Origin: Halorutilales archaeon Cl-col2-1
Lineage (GTDB): Archaea; Halobacteriota; Halobacteria; Halobacteriales; Afararchaeaceae
DNA length: 64,000 nt
Direction of reading: 5' to 3'
Assembly: GCA_041891055.1 (NCBI GenBank)
Contig: CP169074.1
Location: forward strand, 832,001-896,000
The position numbers and the translations under genes are program-made. Positions 60,202 through 64,000 of this stretch are shown here, piece after piece. Below the pieces are notes generated by a model that was not told the origin of the DNA, did not search any database, and worked only from the letters and a program-made list of their open reading frames with translations. Every line of letters begins with the position of its first letter. The stretch's first letter is position 1.

Positions 60202-61313
60202 ATTAAATCACCTCTCGAAGGCTTGTTGCCGACCGAGTGGTCAGGATCTGCCTTCGTCTCGGCTATCTCAGAGAACACGTGGCTCTGGTTCGGGGTGTGT
60301 ATGACAGCCACCTCTTCGGAGGCGTCGTCCTCGACGGTTACGGTTAGAGTAGGATCGGAGGCTCGTTCATCGTCGACCTCGGTCTCAGACGTGTCGGGAC
60401 TCGTTTTGTCGTCACCATACGAGAGTCCTACGGCTGCGAGATGTCGGAGAAACGAGTCGAAGCTCGCGTCGCCGGCTTCGATAGTCTTACGCGAGGTTCT
60501 CAGACCGACTTCATAGCCCCTCTTCGACAGAAGAAGGAGTAGGCTCGCGGCGGCTCTCGCAGCCTCATCGGCTGTCTCACGTCTCGTGGTCTCGGGGACT
60601 GAGACAGACACCACGGCTTCGGTGTCTCCTGAGTCAGACTCCGACGCCGAGACGTAGTCACGTACGAGGAGACCGTCGACGGAGCCAGCACTCAGTCTCC
60701 AGTCGACGTCCTTGAGAGGGTCTCCGACCTCGTAGGTTCTGACTGTGTCACTGCCTCTTTCCGGAGACGTGTCCCTCGGGAGACCGTCGCCCTCTGAGAC
60801 GAAAACCGCCGAAGACCTCAAGACGTAGGGTCGGGGTACGACTGCTAACTCGGTCTGTGAAACGAAGCCCTCGGTACGGTAAAACAGACCGAAGTAGTCG
60901 GTGAGTCTCAGACCCACGGAGACCGATCCGTAGACTCCTCTCGGAAGCCTCACGTGTCGGCGGAAGTCGTGGGTTCCCTCCCTCAGAAAGACAGAGCCGG
61001 TCAGGCTGACACGGCTGTCTCCGTCCGTCCGAAGATCCACGTCTAGTCTGGCTTTAGCCTCGGTCTCCGACTCGACGACGACAGTGACCTCGGCTTCGTC
61101 GTCCTCGAAGACTGTCTCGGGAGACTCTACTGAGACTCCGAAGTCGCTGCGGCTTAGCCTCGCCACACGTAGACCGCTCACGACAAAGACGGCTCCGAGG
61201 GGTGCGGCGACGTAGTTGAGTGACCTCGCTCCGAAGCCGAGAGCCGACGCCTCAGCTACGGCTAAGACACCGAGGGCTGCCCAGCCGCGTCTTGTGAGTC
61301 TAACCCCGAGCAT
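60198..61313 (-). CDS. DUF58 family protein
   Basis: RLTRRG N-terminus; VRTYEVGDPLKDVDWR.SA..L.VR; position between MoxR and transglutaminase. Confidence 0.85.
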   Translation of the reverse strand: MLGVRLTRRGWAALGVLAVAEASALGFGARSLNYVAAPLGAVFVVSGLRVARLSRSDFGVSVESPETVFEDDEAEVTVVVESETEAKARLDVDLRTDGDSRVSLTGSVFLREGTHDFRRHVRLPRGVYGSVSVGLRLTDYFGLFYRTEGFVSQTELAVVPRPYVLRSSAVFVSEGDGLPRDTSPERGSDTVRTYEVGDPLKDVDWRLSAGSVDGLLVRDYVSASESDSGDTEAVVSVSVPETTRRETADEAARAAASLLLLLSKRGYEVGLRTSRKTIEAGDASFDSFLRHLAAVGLSYGDDKTSPDTSETEVDDERASDPTLTVTVEDDASEEVAVIHTPNQSHVFSEIAETKADPDHSVGNKPSRGDLI

Positions 61314-61315
61314 TC

Positions 61316-62266
61316 TTACTCAGTAACCGGAACTGAAACCTCTTCGACTGCGTCTGAGACCACACCATCGGAGTCGGAGCCGACGATCCTGTGACTCAAG
61401 ACGGCGTGTGCCTCTTCCTTGACGTCGTTGGGCGTGACGTAGTCACGGCGGTTGAGAACCGCACGTGCCTGTGACGACTCCATGAGCGAGATAGAAGCCC
61501 GTGGGCTCGCGCCTATACGTGAGACTTCGCGGCTGTACTCCGAGAGACGTGTTATGTAGTCACGTACTGAGTCACCGACTTCGACCTCGGAGACGAAGTC
61601 ACGCATCCTCACGAGATCCTCTTGGGTCGCGACGGCTTCGAGGTCGTCTAACGGATGGTTCCCCGTGGTTCTCCGGAGAAGCTCAGTCTCCTCGTCGGGG
61701 TCGGGATAGCCGAGATGTATCTTCTTCGTGAAACGGTCTATCTGAGCGAGGGGAAGCTCATAGACGTCGTCGGTCTCGACCGAGTTCTGTGTGGCTATCA
61801 CGGTAAAAGGCGACGGAACCGAACGTGTCTCACCGTCGACAGTGACCTGTTTTTCCTCCATCGCTTCGAGGAGCGCGGCTTGTGACCTGGGTGGCGCGCG
61901 GTTTATCTCGTCGCCCAGGAGTATGTTGGCGAAGACAGGTCCCGGACGGAACTCGAAGTCGTTCGTCTTCTGGTTGTAGACGTTGACCCCCGTGATGTCG
62001 GTCGGACGTATGTCAGGAGTGAACTGGACTCGCCCGAAGGAGACGTCGAACGACTCGGCGAAAGAACGTGCGAGGACTGTCTTTCCGACCCCGGGGACGT
62101 CCTCTATCAGGAGATGTCCACCCGAGAGAACAGCCGTCACGAGATGACGGACAGCGTCGTCGTGTCCCACGATCACCTCGTGGAGGTTCTCGATAACACC
62201 GTGGATCAGAGACGAAGCCTCTTCGAGGTCGACCTCGTCGTCGGAAGACGAAGAGTCTAGACTCAT
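61316..62266 (-). CDS. MoxR family AAA+ ATPase
   Basis: EDVPGVGKT, QFTPD, DEINRAPP, ATQN, AQIDRF. Confidence 0.95.
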   Translation of the reverse strand: MSLDSSSSDDEVDLEEASSLIHGVIENLHEVIVGHDDAVRHLVTAVLSGGHLLIEDVPGVGKTVLARSFAESFDVSFGRVQFTPDIRPTDITGVNVYNQKTNDFEFRPGPVFANILLGDEINRAPPRSQAALLEAMEEKQVTVDGETRSVPSPFTVIATQNSVETDDVYELPLAQIDRFTKKIHLGYPDPDEETELLRRTTGNHPLDDLEAVATQEDLVRMRDFVSEVEVGDSVRDYITRLSEYSREVSRIGASPRASISLMESSQARAVLNRRDYVTPNDVKEEAHAVLSHRIVGSDSDGVVSDAVEEVSVPVTE

Positions 62267-62320
62267 CTGACGTATATCTGTCCTCGGACTGTATAGGCTT
62301 TGTCGCGGTCGGAGTCACGT

Positions 62321-63496
62321 TCAGATCTCGAAACTCACGTCGCCGGTTCTCATGAAAGCAGTCTCGTACCCCTCGTGTCGTGCGACCTGTGGGGGTGTCT
62401 CGACTGTCACAGTAAGGATCTCGGCGGAGTCGAGTGTCTTGGAATCAACGGGTGATGAGGTTGCGTAGTGGTAGCCTATCTCGGGGTCTATACGTGCTTC
62501 GAGGTACGACTCGAATACTGTCTCCCCGGAGTCGACGAGGCGCGCGGCTAGGGAAGCCATCGGGAGGGGGAACGAGTTGTAGACGGTACGGGGGGAGACA
62601 GCGATATGTCTCGGGATATCGGTGTCATCTTCGTCTGAGTCCGTTTCGACTCCGAGAAGAGTCGGACACAGAAGAGTGTCTCCGAGGCTCTGAGTCCCGA
62701 GTGTATCGCCCGGGATATCCTCGACACGAGGAGACGCCGAGACAGGTATGGCGTAATCCTTTACCATGTTTCTACTTCTCTCCCTCGACTCGTTAGTCGA
62801 CCTAGAAGGTGTCGATAAGGGCGGAACGACCTCTAACTCGCGCGGCTCTATGGCGTCGCGCTCACCCATCTTCCCAGGGTACTTCTTGTACGGAATCTGT
62901 GTCATGCTCGACCTGGTGTACTCGAACGCGAAGTCGACAGTGCCGCCGTCTCCGAACTTCCCCTCAAAGTCTCCAGCCCTCTCTATCTCCATCCCCGGAA
63001 CCGAGACTCTCACGACGTATCTTCCGTTTCCGTCGAGACTGAGGTTGTCGCCGTAATGGAACCCCATGTTCTGAGAAAGCATGGGCCAGAGTGTCCTCTC
63101 CTCGACGGTCTCGTCACCTCTCAGAATCTCGACGTCGACGCCCGACGCGACCGGAAGGACGACTCCCGTCTTGGCGTCCCAGACCGTCGCCATGAGATGT
63201 ATGTCGTCCTCGACAGTGGGATCGACCCTCGAAGTCCTCTGACCCGTGACGTTCCAGAACCTCTCGGGGAAGGAGTAGGTCAGACCCAGCTTGTAGTCTC
63301 CGACAGTCTCGGTTCCGAGGAAGACCATGCTCTCGGTGTGTGTGGGATGGTAGATAGCGTCGGGTCTGTCGTCGGCGAGAGGCGGTAGGACAGCCTGTGT
63401 CCTCGGCTGTCCACGTATCTCTATGCATCCCGGGAGAGACAGAGATACGGAGAGTCCCGTGAAGCCAACGGCTCTGAGAAACTCTCGGCGTCGCAT
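62321..63496 (-). CDS. Tat-exported putative iron-binding protein (p19/Tp34-like haloarchaeal family)
   Basis: RRREFL..PGC; HLMATVWD, PMLSQNMGFHYGDN, PPQVARHEGYETAF. Confidence 0.7.
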   Translation of the reverse strand: MRRREFLRAVGFTGLSVSLSLPGCIEIRGQPRTQAVLPPLADDRPDAIYHPTHTESMVFLGTETVGDYKLGLTYSFPERFWNVTGQRTSRVDPTVEDDIHLMATVWDAKTGVVLPVASGVDVEILRGDETVEERTLWPMLSQNMGFHYGDNLSLDGNGRYVVRVSVPGMEIERAGDFEGKFGDGGTVDFAFEYTRSSMTQIPYKKYPGKMGERDAIEPRELEVVPPLSTPSRSTNESRERSRNMVKDYAIPVSASPRVEDIPGDTLGTQSLGDTLLCPTLLGVETDSDEDDTDIPRHIAVSPRTVYNSFPLPMASLAARLVDSGETVFESYLEARIDPEIGYHYATSSPVDSKTLDSAEILTVTVETPPQVARHEGYETAFMRTGDVSFEI

Positions 63497-63554
63497 TAGT
63501 TATTATAGCTTGGGTCTTTCTTTAAATACGGGTTCTGGTACGGCTGTCGAATTC

Positions 63555-63998
63555 TCACGGATTCGGAGCCGGTAGCGACCTCAGACTCCTCGGTGGAACG
63601 AGGTAGTTTCCCCTTCTCTCAACTGAGATATACTGGAGTATGCCGTTGTTGGTCTTAGTTCCTACGGGAGAGCTACGCGAGACACCGGTTCCGTTCATAG
63701 CCTTCCGTGTCGAGACGAAGTCGGAGATACTCTCCTGGAGGGCGACGAAGTGTAGTCCCGCCTCGCCGCCATCGGTCGAGTCGAAGTCACGTCTTATCAT
63801 CACGGGAGAGCCGTCACGTCTCGCGGAGACCATCTTCTGTGAGTGTCCGACCATACCGTTGTTTCTCGCCGACTCAACGGCTTCGCCACAGTCCTCCATA
63901 CGGCTAGAGTCACCGAGGCTCTCGCCCGTCTCCTCGACCCTCCCTTCCTGAGCGTGTGCGGGACAGAACATCTTTCCGACCCTCTGGTAACGGCTGTC
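63555..63998 (-). CDS. C-terminal part of a DyP-peroxidase-like protein (5' beyond window)
   Basis: Open to window end; GHSQK..R, IRRDF, LHFVALQ, GNYLVPPR. Confidence 0.65.
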   Translation of the reverse strand, partial: DSRYQRVGKMFCPAHAQEGRVEETGESLGDSSRMEDCGEAVESARNNGMVGHSQKMVSARRDGSPVMIRRDFDSTDGGEAGLHFVALQESISDFVSTRKAMNGTGVSRSSPVGTKTNNGILQYISVERRGNYLVPPRSLRSLPAPNP

Positions 63999-64000
63999 CT

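Noticed and set aside
57925-62266. MoxR-DUF58-transglutaminase operon as a novel system
   Set aside because: A widespread, already recognised gene triad.
13-63951. Many alternative-frame and antisense ORFs in the track (e.g. 9672-10343, 16536-17225, 37781-38707, 53939-55018)
   Set aside because: Ser/Arg-rich shadows of well-supported genes, typical of GC-rich DNA; no motifs.

Overview
Gene-dense chromosomal window from a halophilic archaeon. The proteins are acidic, there are Tat lipoproteins and a TFB, and frequent AGA/AGG/ATA codons suggest a basal Halobacteria lineage such as Halorutilales (inference). In order, it holds: a histidine kinase, a stand-alone fused C-D YcaO cyclodehydratase, a pilB/pilC pair, TFB, and an IS1341-type tnpB element whose right end carries two nested double-hairpin insertions. 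Then come an aminotransferase, a DUF1102/NosL-fusion + S26 peptidase + short DUF5305 operon, an anaerobic cobalamin cluster (cbiT-L-F-G-H-H, ferredoxin, beta-propeller, cobT; cbiP further on), trmY, tRNA-Pro(GGG), a Lon-like protease and K+/Mg2+ transport genes. An 8.5-kb sulfur/thiol-redox locus follows (two YeeE/TusA pairs, TlpA, CcdA, lipoproteins). The rest is mostly housekeeping: rnz, thiDN, tyrA, HiPIP, HARP, gpmI, ppsA, icd, MoxR-DUF58-transglutaminase and a putative iron-uptake pair. The best candidate for an undescribed system is the second YeeE/TusA pair. Both partners have lost canonical sulfur-relay cysteines, and they sit beside TlpA, CcdA and a lipoprotein ending in Cys. All family calls are from motif recognition by eye; no searches were run.
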